Of a stretch of DNA of 64,000 nucleotides, positions 1 to 10,221 are shown one piece after another. How positions within the stretch are numbered: the stretch's first letter is position 1; every line of letters starts with the position of its first letter. Source of the stretch: an uncultured Lentisphaerales bacterium (GTDB lineage Bacteria; Verrucomicrobiota; Lentisphaeria; JABSQK01; UBA12247); contig CALSSJ010000004.1 in the NCBI GenBank assembly GCA_943788985.1, positions 1 to 64,000 of the forward strand, given 5' to 3'. The notes beneath the pieces were generated by a model that saw only the letters and a list, made by a program, of their open reading frames with translations, searched no databases and was not told the DNA's origin. The translations under genes were made by a program, and so were the position numbers.

Positions 1-75
1 AAGCCCGCAAGGCCGCTCTGCGCGGTTGAAAACGCAGCAGTATAATCCCTGCGATGTCCGCAGATCGGGCCTAGC

Positions 76-180
76 ACTGGGAGCGCCGGGTTCATCCGGC
101 AAAGACGACTCGTTCAGGTTCTGTCTGGAGCAGGACGAGCAGGAGCCTCCTCGAATGCCGGATTAACCCGGCGCTCCCAG
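76..180. repeat. REP-like inverted doublet (two ~25-bp arms, each internally palindromic)
   Basis: ACTGGGAGCGCCGGGTTCATCCGGCA (76-101) and TGCCGGATTAACCCGGCGCTCCCAG (156-180); same family recurs at 56953-56978 and 59115-59140. Confidence 0.8.
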
Positions 181-204
181 ACTCGGTCTAGAGCCCCGTC
201 GCAA

Positions 205-1185
205 TCATTTGCCAGCAGGCTGCGGCTGCGCTCCTCCTGCTTTGATCTTCGCAATCGCCTTCCAGATGTCGGCGGTCCGCCAAACCGGCTCCTTTAGGCG
301 CGCATCCCAAATTGCCAAGCCGACTGACTCATCTGCAATAATCCAGCGGAGGTGTTTCATGGCGGGCGCGCCCTGCCAGGCGGCTTTGTGGCTGGCCATG
401 CCAAGCGCAAGCTTCGCGTGGTGCTCTCCAGCGGCAGCTTTCAGGAAGTCGTAGCCTCGCCACCCGGTGCCTCCTGCGCCAGTTTCTGAGTAGCCCATCA
501 CGTGAAGACCGTCAAGATGTGGCAACAGCGCCGGCCACCAGGTCTGGTTCGGGACATGCCATTGGTGGGAAAACGTGTCGAGGGTCAATTCCTTGCCCTT
601 GGCCTGGAGGCGTTCCGACAACTCCTTGATGAATAGGACGAAAGCTTCCTTTGAAGCGTCGAGCTTACCATTGCCCTCGAGGTCTATGTCTACGCCATCG
701 AGTTGCAGGAGCACGGTCTCACTAACCAGCGCTTCTACAAACGCGGCCCGATTGGTCTCGAAGGCCGACGTTGCCAAGTCCCAGTCCCAGCCAGCGGCTG
801 TCCCATTATAGACGCAAAGCATGACCCGAATGCCATGCGTCTCGCCCCACTGGCGAAATTTGGAAATCGTTGCCTCGGTGATTGGTGCGAATCTCGAGAC
901 CACTTTAAGCCCACCTTCTGCGGTGGGGTTCCAGAACTGCAGGCCCAAGTGGGTCAATCCGTCCTTCATGCCAACGCCGTTGAAGGACTCGTTCAAGCGC
1001 TCCATGCAAGCGTCCACCGCATAGGGTGGCACCCAAGACATCACACGTCGATCTTGGATCCGTTCCTCTGCTCCGGCCATGCCGACCGCAAGGAGAGTGA
1101 CTATGGCTAGCAGCACCAACTGGCGCTGAGACTTTGACCGAAAAATTAGGAACATAAATATACTACACACCGAAAACACACTCAT
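205..1185 (-). CDS. Secreted glycoside hydrolase family 18 (chitinase/ENGase-like)
   Basis: DGVDIDLE matches the DxxDxDxE catalytic motif; hydrophobic N-terminal signal-like stretch; start uncertain. Confidence 0.8.
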   Translation of the reverse strand: MSVFSVCSIFMFLIFRSKSQRQLVLLAIVTLLAVGMAGAEERIQDRRVMSWVPPYAVDACMERLNESFNGVGMKDGLTHLGLQFWNPTAEGGLKVVSRFAPITEATISKFRQWGETHGIRVMLCVYNGTAAGWDWDLATSAFETNRAAFVEALVSETVLLQLDGVDIDLEGNGKLDASKEAFVLFIKELSERLQAKGKELTLDTFSHQWHVPNQTWWPALLPHLDGLHVMGYSETGAGGTGWRGYDFLKAAAGEHHAKLALGMASHKAAWQGAPAMKHLRWIIADESVGLAIWDARLKEPVWRTADIWKAIAKIKAGGAQPQPAGK

Positions 1186-1201
1186 TTTCCGTCCTCACTC
1201 T

Positions 1202-1606
1202 TCATACGATGGCATAAACTAGAAAACCGCCAAAGCATATAGCGATGAGTCCAGCAACGCGACCATACGTTTTTTGCAGGCTCAGCGCCCAAGCAATGAA
1301 TCGCTTAAAATTATTTCGGCCAATGCCAGCGAACGTGATCACGGCGACTATGGCGAGCCAACCAATCACGTCCATTGTTCTTGGAAATCTAGAAATGCCA
1401 GCCGAGTGAATAAGCAGCGCACCCACAACTCGCCTCGCCCCGATGGCTAAGACTTGCAAGCCTAGCTCTTCTGAGTTCCTCCTAAGCACTCCGAATACAA
1501 TGTCCGGATTTACGATTATTGCGACTCCCGCAATGAGTGTCAGCACTCCGAATAGAAGCAATGCAGCGGCTATTTGTGATTCGTCGTAGGGTAGCACGTC
1601 CAGCAT
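1202..1606 (-). CDS. Small integral membrane hypothetical protein (~4 TM)
   Basis: Hydrophobic segments across a 134-aa ORF; start uncertain. Confidence 0.55.
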   Translation of the reverse strand: MLDVLPYDESQIAAALLLFGVLTLIAGVAIIVNPDIVFGVLRRNSEELGLQVLAIGARRVVGALLIHSAGISRFPRTMDVIGWLAIVAVITFAGIGRNNFKRFIAWALSLQKTYGRVAGLIAICFGGFLVYAIV

Positions 1607-1977
1607 CAGGCATGCCGTACAATAACCAGCTCACGTTCCCCATTGATGTCAAGACGTCAGCGGCATTCACTTGTGGCGCTTGCTTAGCGGGCACACTCTT
1701 GATGAGGTCCGAGCAGCGCCTGCATCGTGGCACATCTGTAAACAACTTGGCAGTCACAGCAAGATCGTCTTACTGTTCTCGTCTCGACAGTGTGGTGCAA
1801 CCACAGACGACGGCGGCGGCCGGCCTCTTGGTCCGAACCTCGGAAGACCTTCGACAGCGAGCGATCAACAATGTACACTTCGCAAAAGATGGCAGTTTTT
1901 CGGTTGCCTGACGGTCTATGGCACGTCGTTTGCGACTGGCTATTGGATCTGTGGCGAGATCGTTGTGCTGCACCGAG

Positions 1978-2793
1978 TTACTTCCCGTCATCGCTGTAGG
2001 CGCTGAATTGGAATGCCGGCCAGGTGGGCCGGGTGCGGGCGCTGCGCATGATATTCTCTAATTTCTGGGCAATCTCCGGAAACTCCGCTGCCAGGTTCTT
2101 TTTCTCGCTGATGTCCTGCTCGATATCATAGAGTTGTGGGCACGCACAAAGTCGAGCATGCGATCCGCAATAAGCTGTGGCGGATACTGTTCACCGGTCC
2201 GTTTGCAGAGATTTCCGGCAAGCTCGCGAATCCCGTCGTTGTCCTCGAGATAGGTGGGGTAAAGGTTGTGCGCATTGCGTTGGCAGTTGTAGCCATAGAA
2301 GTGATCAAACCCCTGCCGAAGCGGATCCCCCGTGCTCCCCTGTGCTCCCCTGTGCTCCGAGCCCCCATTTACCAAAACAACCGGTCGTCTCCCCCCGGTC
2401 CTTGAATGCTTCGGCCACCGTGCGGATGCCCTTGGCCAGCGGAAGCTGCCCGCCAAAGCGAGTTGGGCTGGGATTCTTGACTTCCTGATTATCACGAGCG
2501 AAGGCGTGCCCACCATGCATCCCGGTCAGCAGGTTGCAGCGCGCCGGCCCATACACGGGGGAACCAGAGTAGTACTGCGTGAGGCGCATCCCTTCACCGG
2601 CGAGCTGATCAATGTGCGGCGTTTGGATCTTCTTCTGACCGTAGCAGCCCAACTCCTGCCAGCCCAAGTCATCGGCCATGATAAACACGATGTTGGGGGC
2701 CTGTTCCGCCGCGCTGGCGGCACAGGCCGTCGCCACGGTGATTCCCAAGAAAAGAACGATTCCAGACAGGGTGACTTTCTGATTGCTGACCAT
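1978..2793 (-). pseudogene. Arylsulfatase pseudogene (frameshift, internal deletion, catalytic Cys lost)
   Basis: PNIVFIMADDLG N-terminus; SPVYGPAR in place of CxPxR; GKWGLG then frameshift from a 10-bp duplication; GFDHFYGY; jump at ~2135 to C-terminal QLYDIEQDISEKKNLA...GK* ending at 1978. Confidence 0.85.
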
Positions 2794-2877
2794 GATTTTC
2801 CTTGTCTTCCAGTGCTGGAATGCGACGATAGTATCTGTGGTGTCTCGGAGCCTGCGGCCCTTTACGTGCCTTGAAAC

Positions 2878-5014
2878 CTACCGCTGCTTCTTTATCAGAA
2901 CGACCCCGTTAGAGTCCTTTCCGATGTCACCGTAGACCTGGGCCTTGATCTTGAACGAGGCGCCGGTCTCGTAATTCGCCACTTTAATTGTGTAGGTGTT
3001 ATCCTTGGTGGCCCTTCCGGTATACCCATGGTGGATGTCCTCGTCGACATGCACGGTATCATTGCGCACCACTTCGATTCCAGCGATATCGAGGCGCACC
3101 TGGCCGCTCGTATAGCGAAAGGTAATGCGATAGGTGCCATTGCCATCAATCAAACCTGTGGCATCAAAGATGGCTTCTTTGGGCGTCCCCGCTCCCAATC
3201 GCCCCCGACTCCCATGTCCCAAGCAGCTTGCCGTATTTGGCATATTTAGCATAGCGCTTGCTCAAATCAACCGGGGCAAACGACAGGCTTTGGCGTTGCT
3301 CCCCGGCGGTAAATGTGGCGGCACGGAAGCCCTGGACGCTGGCCACGGTCACAGACTCCTGCAACACCTTGGAATCCGCTGTTGGTGTCGAGCCATCGGT
3401 CGTGAAGCGCACCGTCCCGCCGGTCACCGGCGATACCGCGGAGATCTTGAAGGTTCCTGCCAACATAGGCTCGACTTTGGCATCCGGTACGGGCACGCGG
3501 TACTGATAGGCAAGCTTGTCATATCGCACGTACATATCCTTCATCCGCGTCGAGAACCCATCATAGCTGCGCTGTCCCTGTGCCGTCCACGTGACTTCAG
3601 CCAGAGCCGCCATCCGGGGCAAGCTAAGGTAGTCCACATACGCTTCTGAGTGGGCGCTGCCTTGGCCTGGCTTGTCCGCGAGGATCTGCCCTTTATGCAG
3701 GAACATGTCCGTCCAGAGACAGCCACTGGCTCCGAGAATATTTTTTGCCGCAGTTGTACCGGCGATCGCTTGCGGTATCGGGTCCCAGGTATACGCTTTT
3801 TCTAAGGAAATCGGTGGAATCCAGCCAGCGGTGGGCGGTTCTCCTTCAAACTTGCTCTCGGCAACATCGAAATACGCATGGCCCGTCAGTGACATCACCA
3901 CCGGGTTGCCACGCTTGGCTGCGCCAATCGCTGTGCGTGGTTTATGCCAGGTCATGATCCCGGCCTTGGCACTCACACCAGCTAATGGGACTTCATCCCA
4001 GCCGATAATTCGCCTATTTTTCTTCGCTAGATAGGTCTCGACACGAGTAGTCATCCATCCCTGGAGCGCCTGTTCGTTGTGCAACTGGTGCTTCTTGAGT
4101 GCCTTTTGGCAATCGAGACATTTCTTCCACCGAGAATACTTCGCTTCGTCGCCCCCAATGTGGATAAATTTTCCCGGAAAAAGTTCACACACCTCATCGA
4201 ATACATCTTCGAGAAATGTCCACGTGGTCTCTTTGCCTGCACAATAGAGGTCCTGGGAAATGAAGTGCCGTGTGGGCACTTCGAGTTTCTTGTTGAAACA
4301 GCCGAGATGCGGATAGGCCGCCAGAGCCGCTAGGGTATGAGCAGGAAGCTCGATTTCAGGAACGATCGTGATGTTGCGGGCGGATGCATACGCGACAATC
4401 TCACGGATGTCATCCTGCGTGTAAAAGCCGCCATAGCGCTTCTCTCCCGTCCCCCTCCACGCGCCTATCTCAGTCAGCCTCGGGTACTTTTTAATCTCCA
4501 AACGCCAGCCCGCATCATCGATCAGGTGCCAATGCAGGGTGTTCATTTTGTGCATCGCCATCATATCGAGATAACGCAGTACGTAGTGCTTGTTGAAGAA
4601 GTAGCGGGACACATCCAGCATCATGCCCCGCCACTGGAAGCTTGGCTCATCCTCGATGTGTAAGCACGGGATTGCGGCGGGGCCCTCACCCGCGGGTGGC
4701 AGCAATTGGCGTAGGGTTTGCCAGCCATAGAATGCGCCTGCGGGCGTGGCGGCGCGAATGGTGACGCCGACCGATGCCACGTCGAGCACGTACCCTTCTG
4801 AGGCAAGGTCCGAGGTCTCTTCGATGGCCAACGTGATCCCAACCGCCTGTTGCGGCAGGCCGGCGCGAACCGTCTCGACGGATTCCGCGGTCAGCGTAAA
4901 CGCACCCCGCGCCATCTCAATCGTCCGGGGTTCCGGCACCAATCCCAACATCACAGTCTGCTCGGTTGCCCCAACATTCATCAGCCAGAATCCCAGCAAA
5001 ATAATCGCCCTCAT
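2878..5014 (-). CDS. Beta-N-acetylhexosaminidase (GH20) with C-terminal accessory domains; frameshift near 3200
   Basis: RGMMLDVSRYF, HWHLIDD, HIGGDE catalytic motif, FTTDGSTPT (Fn3-associated/CHB_HEX_C-like); ORF 2878-3252 continues the C-terminus. Confidence 0.85.
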
Positions 5015-5026
5015 TTATCACCTTGC

Positions 5027-5330
5027 TCATTTCGGGTAATTCCTCGCGAAGTTCCTCACTGAGCGACAGTGCGAGCGCATGGAGGTCGCTTCCAGCTTGT
5101 CCGGCGAGGCCTTCGAATCGATGACAATCTCAATAATCAGGCTATCCATGCCCTTCAACACAAGCGCCGCCATGTGCGGCCGGTAATCCATCTTCTTTGC
5201 CACTTCACGAATCCGCTGCGCCTTCGCCTCACTTACCACCACCTTATCCGAGCCACTTCCAAGCAGTACCTTGGCTACTTAAAAGCGCGAGACGCCGACT
5301 CCACGTGCAATGTCTTCCAACCCACAGCAT
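5027..5330 (-). pseudogene. LacI-family regulator remnant (HTH only, in-frame stop)
   Basis: Frame reads LEDIARGVGVSRF*VAKVLLG...VSEAKAQRIREVAKKMDYRPHMAA; no sugar-binding domain follows. Confidence 0.8.
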
Positions 5331-5472
5331 AATTCATCAGTGCGTGAATGCCAATCTCGACCTCCCGCCGCTCAGCGCTAGCGGCGCGCAGTTGGGGGAC
5401 TTGAACCACGCACGCGTGCGGCTACGCTCTGGCCGGAAACAGCCCCAATGCAATCAAGGCAGACAAAGCGTC

Positions 5473-7029
5473 ATGAACCGGTTTACCTTCACGCCAGCCC
5501 TTCTCGCCGCCATCAGCATCGTTCTTGCCTCACAGATCGCTGCAGCGGATTCAACTGAACAGTGGACGATTGACAGCCAAGCCGATTGGCAGGCCAGCCT
5601 TGCCGCACAGGAAAATCTGAAAATCGGCGATGGCCTAGCCTCGCCGACTGCGAAAACCGCGACACTCTCGAGCATCGTCAAGCGCTTTGATCAGAAGACC
5701 TCGGCTACGTCCATCACAGTGCAGCAGTCACCCGTTTGGCAAAACTGGGAGTCCGTCGGCAATATTGGCACCGAGAGCATGGCAGACGCGCCAGTGCTGC
5801 TCAGCCTGGGACCAGACAACTACTGGATGTTTGCCCGCTACAACGCAGGGCCCGCCAAGAAAGCCAAGAAGGGTAAGCCCAAGCCCAAATCCAAGGCTGA
5901 GCCGGCATTCACTGCCACTGTCGCGACGCTGGAGGGCTTCGATATCCCACTCGAAACCACAAGGCTTCCCAACCAGTTCAACGCGCCCGGCGGGCTCAAG
6001 AAAAGCCAAGGCGGGTACCACGCCTGGCAGAGTCGCGATATGGTCAACTGGGTGCATCACGGGCCGGTCACGGAGAGGTTTTCAAGATGGATGACCACTG
6101 CCGAGTACGTCGACGGAAAAGCCTACTTCTACTACGATTTCCCCAACGACCAGGATCCGCATGTCTACGTGGACGATAATCTGACTGACGGCATCCCCGG
6201 CCAGAACATGGGCCTGGCCTTCAAGGACCCTTCACATGGCTCGGACTGCGCCTTCATCCGCGATCTCGACGGGAAGTTTCACGTCATCTATGAAGACTGG
6301 AGCCCGATTAAGGCCAGCACCCACGCTTGGGATTCACCCTTAGCCGGGCATGCGATCAGCGATGACGGCCTCAAAAATTTCAAGATCCTCGCACCGGCTG
6401 TCGACGAGCGAACCACGCCAACCGGAAAAATCGGGACCTACAAACACCCACATTGGGTCAAGGAAGACCCAAAGAACTTCAAGACCAGCGTCGCCGAATA
6501 CGAGATTCACGAGCCGGAGCAAGAAGCTTTTGGCGACTGGGCCTCGATCAGCATTGGTGGTCAGTACTACCTCTTCGCAGACTACGATTCGGCCGAACAT
6601 GGCAAACCGATGAGCGTCGCCTGGTTTACCTCATCCAGCCTGGACAAGCAGTTCACATTCTGCGGCAGCATTGGCAGAGGCCATCCCGATCCCGACATCT
6701 GTTTCGCCGAGGGACGGTTCTATCTGGCAACTCAGCAGAAGGACGACTTTGTCAGCCCCGGGCCGTGGGTAGAGACCGTCGAAGCCCGCGTCGGTGTCGA
6801 TACCGATGGCGACAGCAAGATCGACCAGTGGACCGACTGGCAAACGACAACCGAGAGCTACGACTATACGCCAGGCTTCGCCAAGCAGGTCACGAAAACG
6901 GCGGCATCCCTGGACCTGTCCAGCTTACCAGCAGGCTTCGGCTTCCAATTTGAGCTGAAACTGACGGATACCACCGAGAACAAATCCAAGCCAATTCTGG
7001 ACAACGTGGTCTTGTCCTTTACCCGCTAG
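5473..7029 (+). CDS. Secreted hypothetical protein, possible beta-propeller glycoside hydrolase-like
   Basis: Signal peptide MNRFTFTPALLAAISIVLASQIAAA; ADAPVLL, WQSRDMVNW and HPDPDI segments resemble GH43/GH32-type propellers. Confidence 0.6.
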   Translation: MNRFTFTPALLAAISIVLASQIAAADSTEQWTIDSQADWQASLAAQENLKIGDGLASPTAKTATLSSIVKRFDQKTSATSITVQQSPVWQNWESVGNIGTESMADAPVLLSLGPDNYWMFARYNAGPAKKAKKGKPKPKSKAEPAFTATVATLEGFDIPLETTRLPNQFNAPGGLKKSQGGYHAWQSRDMVNWVHHGPVTERFSRWMTTAEYVDGKAYFYYDFPNDQDPHVYVDDNLTDGIPGQNMGLAFKDPSHGSDCAFIRDLDGKFHVIYEDWSPIKASTHAWDSPLAGHAISDDGLKNFKILAPAVDERTTPTGKIGTYKHPHWVKEDPKNFKTSVAEYEIHEPEQEAFGDWASISIGGQYYLFADYDSAEHGKPMSVAWFTSSSLDKQFTFCGSIGRGHPDPDICFAEGRFYLATQQKDDFVSPGPWVETVEARVGVDTDGDSKIDQWTDWQTTTESYDYTPGFAKQVTKTAASLDLSSLPAGFGFQFELKLTDTTENKSKPILDNVVLSFTR

Positions 7030-7152
7030 CAGGAATTCCGTTTCCGTGCTCTTCCGTGGTTAATTCGGACGGCCACGCTTTAGAAATTAGCTTGCGGCCA
7101 ACTGGCCCTGCAAGTCCCACCAATATCTGGACCGGTGGTGACTTGGAAAGAT

Positions 7153-7229
7153 TGGTACACCCGGCGCGATTCGAACGCGCGACCTTCTGCTTCGGAGGCA
7201 GACACTCTATCCAGCTGAGCTACGGGTGC
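7153..7229 (-). tRNA. tRNA-Arg (anticodon CCG)
   Basis: Reverse complement GCACCCGTAGCTCAGCTGGATAGAGTGTCTGCCTCCGAAGCAGAAGGTCGCGCGTTCGAATCGCGCCGGGTGTACCA; cloverleaf, TTCGAAT T-loop, encoded CCA. Confidence 0.97.
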
Positions 7230-7322
7230 ACTCAAGGCCTTAAACATAAGGCTGGGCGTGAACCACGCAAGAGTCACACCGCAGCAGATCTTTCAGAGTC
7301 AGCGACCACATACACGATCTGC

Positions 7323-9473
7323 TCAGACGCCGGCGATCCGGACCCCGAATCCTTTGAGCGTCTCGCGCGAGACCAAATTGTGATTGTAAAGATTCTGCAT
7401 GGCGCGTTCCATGGTGACCATCCCATCCTTGGCGCAGGTCTCGATGGTCGACAGCAGCTGATGCGTACGGCCGTCGCGAATCATGCTGCGAACCGCGGCA
7501 TTGCCCAACATGATTTCGAAAGCCGCCACGCGCCCTGCCCCGTCAATCGTCGGCAGCAGACGTTGCGCCACCACACCCTGCAGACAGTTGGCCAGCTGCG
7601 ACTTAATTTGCGGCTGCTGATGCGCCGGAAATGAGTCGACGATACGATCGATCGTGTTTGGACAGTCGTTCGTATGCAGCGTCGCCAACACCAGATGGCC
7701 CGTCTCGGCAGCGGTCAAAGCGGCCGAGATGGTCTCATGATCACGCATCTCGCCGATCAGAATCACGTCAGGATCCTGACGCAGTACGTACTTAAGTGCC
7801 TGCGTGAAGCCGAGCGTATCACTCAGAATCTCGCGCTGCTCCACCACGGCTTGGTGGTTCATATGCACAAACTCGATCGGATCCTCGATCGTAATGATGT
7901 GGCATGACCGGCTCTGGTTGATCTGGTCGATCAAACAGGCCAGCGTCGTCGACTTACCGTGACCGGTCGGGCCAGTCACCAACACCAACCCACTGCTCCG
8001 ATTCGCCAAGTCGATCACGGCCGGAGGAAGCCCAAGATCCGCCGCCTGTGGAATGACCTCATTGATCACCCGAATCGCCGTTCCGACCGATCCTTTCTGA
8101 TAAAACCCGTTCACTCGAAAACGGTGGTCCTTCTCGCCTAGCGATACGCTCATGCCTAGATCGATCTCGCGCTGCGTCTCGAACTTCACCCGCTGACTGG
8201 GGCTGAGAATACTGAACAGCAACCGTTGCGTATCCACACCGGTGAGCTCAGGCAGCTTCAGGTCGCAAAGCGCGCCGTGAATCCGGAGTTTGGGCGGAGA
8301 ATGCGTCGTGATCAACAGATCGCTTGCCGCATGTCGGATCGCGGCCTTCAGCAAGGCCTTCATGCTAAGTGCCTCAGCCTGCGCTCCTTCTTGCACACGT
8401 AGCGAGTCCGCTCCTGTTTCCATGCCCTGTGCGGCCAGCGTAAACTCGTCGCGATTGGTCGCCGCACCAGCCCCGACCTCGAGGCTGATACGCCCTTGGC
8501 TATACAGCTCCAGCAGCGACTGGGTATAGGTCTGCATGCCTTCAGCGCCCGTCTTCATCGCTTCCGACAGTCCTTCAAAAAAACGTGCGGAGATATGCTG
8601 ACGCACCAGCGCCGTGCCCACCAGAATCTCCATCGCCGGCACCATGCCCTTACCGGCGGCTACTGGCACCAGGCGCTGGGACACCACGCCCCGTAACGAC
8701 AGTGCCAGATCCCCGGCTACCTGGCTACGCAGATGATCCGGAAACAAGTTCACCAGCCGCTCCATCGTCTGCACCGCATCGGTCGTATGCATGGTCGTAA
8801 TCACCAAGTGCCCCGTCATCGCTGCAGACAACACAACCTGCAACGACTCCACATCGCGCAACTCACCGACAAAAATCACGTCCGGGCTCTGGCGCACCAC
8901 GTGCTTGAGTGAGGAGGCAAAATCCATCGTATCGTTGCCGATCTCGCGCTGGGTCACCACGCACTGCTCATCCTGATGCACAAACTCGATCGGGTCCTCG
9001 ATCGTCACGATATGCTTGGAGCGGGTCTTGTTGATATGGTGCAGCATCGCCGCCATCGTGGTCGACTTCCCGCTGCCGGTCGCCCCGGAGATTATGATCA
9101 ATCCGCGCTCGCTGTCTGCCAGGCTCTCGATCGCCTTGGGCAGGCTGTACTCGGAGAACTCAATATTGCCCAGCGGAACCCGCCGAGCCACCACGCCCAT
9201 TTTGCCCTTCTGAAAATAGACATTCAGGCGAAATCGCTCCACGGCCGTCAGGGAAAGACCCACATCCATGTCTCGCGCGGTCCGGATCCGGTCCAGCGTC
9301 CCAGCGGGAAAGTGCTCGGCAAAAAACGCCTCCAGCTCCTCCTCGGTCGTCGCCACGTGCTCAGTATCCTTCAGTTCGCCGTAGATCCGCATCACAGGCT
9401 CTTTGCCCACATTCACGAACAGGTCCGAGGCGTTTGCATCAGCCATCGAGGTCAATAGATCGATAATTTGCAT
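7323..9473 (-). CDS. pilT: Tandem double PilT/PilU-family type IV pilus ATPase
   Basis: Two full domains: Walker A GATGSGKST and GPTGHGKST, TIEDPIE twice, GELRD/GEMRD, TMHT/TLHT. Confidence 0.9.
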   Translation of the reverse strand: MQIIDLLTSMADANASDLFVNVGKEPVMRIYGELKDTEHVATTEEELEAFFAEHFPAGTLDRIRTARDMDVGLSLTAVERFRLNVYFQKGKMGVVARRVPLGNIEFSEYSLPKAIESLADSERGLIIISGATGSGKSTTMAAMLHHINKTRSKHIVTIEDPIEFVHQDEQCVVTQREIGNDTMDFASSLKHVVRQSPDVIFVGELRDVESLQVVLSAAMTGHLVITTMHTTDAVQTMERLVNLFPDHLRSQVAGDLALSLRGVVSQRLVPVAAGKGMVPAMEILVGTALVRQHISARFFEGLSEAMKTGAEGMQTYTQSLLELYSQGRISLEVGAGAATNRDEFTLAAQGMETGADSLRVQEGAQAEALSMKALLKAAIRHAASDLLITTHSPPKLRIHGALCDLKLPELTGVDTQRLLFSILSPSQRVKFETQREIDLGMSVSLGEKDHRFRVNGFYQKGSVGTAIRVINEVIPQAADLGLPPAVIDLANRSSGLVLVTGPTGHGKSTTLACLIDQINQSRSCHIITIEDPIEFVHMNHQAVVEQREILSDTLGFTQALKYVLRQDPDVILIGEMRDHETISAALTAAETGHLVLATLHTNDCPNTIDRIVDSFPAHQQPQIKSQLANCLQGVVAQRLLPTIDGAGRVAAFEIMLGNAAVRSMIRDGRTHQLLSTIETCAKDGMVTMERAMQNLYNHNLVSRETLKGFGVRIAGV

Positions 9474-9482
9474 AAAGTTTCC

Positions 9483-10088
9483 TTACATCGAAGCGCGCCG
9501 CAAAGACGCTAATCGGGTTTGCGCTGCTTGCTGCGCACTAATATCCGGTGCCCGTTCCACCCCACGCTGCAGCCATACCAGCGCGTCTTCCCGGTCCCCG
9601 ATAGACAGTAAATAGTCTACCAAAATGTTCAACAGCTCACAGTGTGCATCGGTCCACGTGCGTTGAGTCAGAATCGGAATGGCAACCTCCGCAGCCCGAT
9701 GCGGTTGATGCAGGCGATCCAGTAACAACTCGCTCAACAACCTCGCACCATACGGATCGCCGGAGTCTGCAACTTCCTCCTCCAACCGTTCTGTGGCCGA
9801 GCGGTACTGGCCAGCCTGGATCATCGTGCGGATCTCCGAGTAGTCCCGCTGTAATCGCATCGTGCTATCATCGAAAAACAGGCTAACATTGCCCGATAGC
9901 CAGCTAGAGATATAGCCGACCGAGCAGGCGAAGCCGATCAGCAAAAAAAACAAGGACAGGAGCAGAGCATTGAGTGGCTCCCCCCCTCGCCCGAAACTCA
10001 TGACATAGTACCATGCACAAGTAAAGGCGACCACACCAAGAGAGATCTGGCATGTGTGACGAATCACCTGAAGTGGCTCTCGGCTCAT
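9483..10088 (-). CDS. Hypothetical membrane protein with TPR-like C-terminus
   Basis: Two TM segments then helical repeats; start MSREPLQ assumed. Confidence 0.55.
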   Translation of the reverse strand: MSREPLQVIRHTCQISLGVVAFTCAWYYVMSFGRGGEPLNALLLSLFFLLIGFACSVGYISSWLSGNVSLFFDDSTMRLQRDYSEIRTMIQAGQYRSATERLEEEVADSGDPYGARLLSELLLDRLHQPHRAAEVAIPILTQRTWTDAHCELLNILVDYLLSIGDREDALVWLQRGVERAPDISAQQAAQTRLASLRRASM

Positions 10089-10221
10089 GGGGCCAACCTG
10101 CAATCGAGGGAAGTAAATTTTGGTAGAAGCGCAATCGCACATCCACTCGGGGAGGGATGCCTCCAAAAAAGTACGTCGTTCCTCTGCGTTGTCTATTGAT
10201 GTGCATCAGAATCCCACCGCC

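Noticed and set aside
1620..1975. Short ORFs on both strands
   Set aside because: No recognisable motif or consistent coding frame
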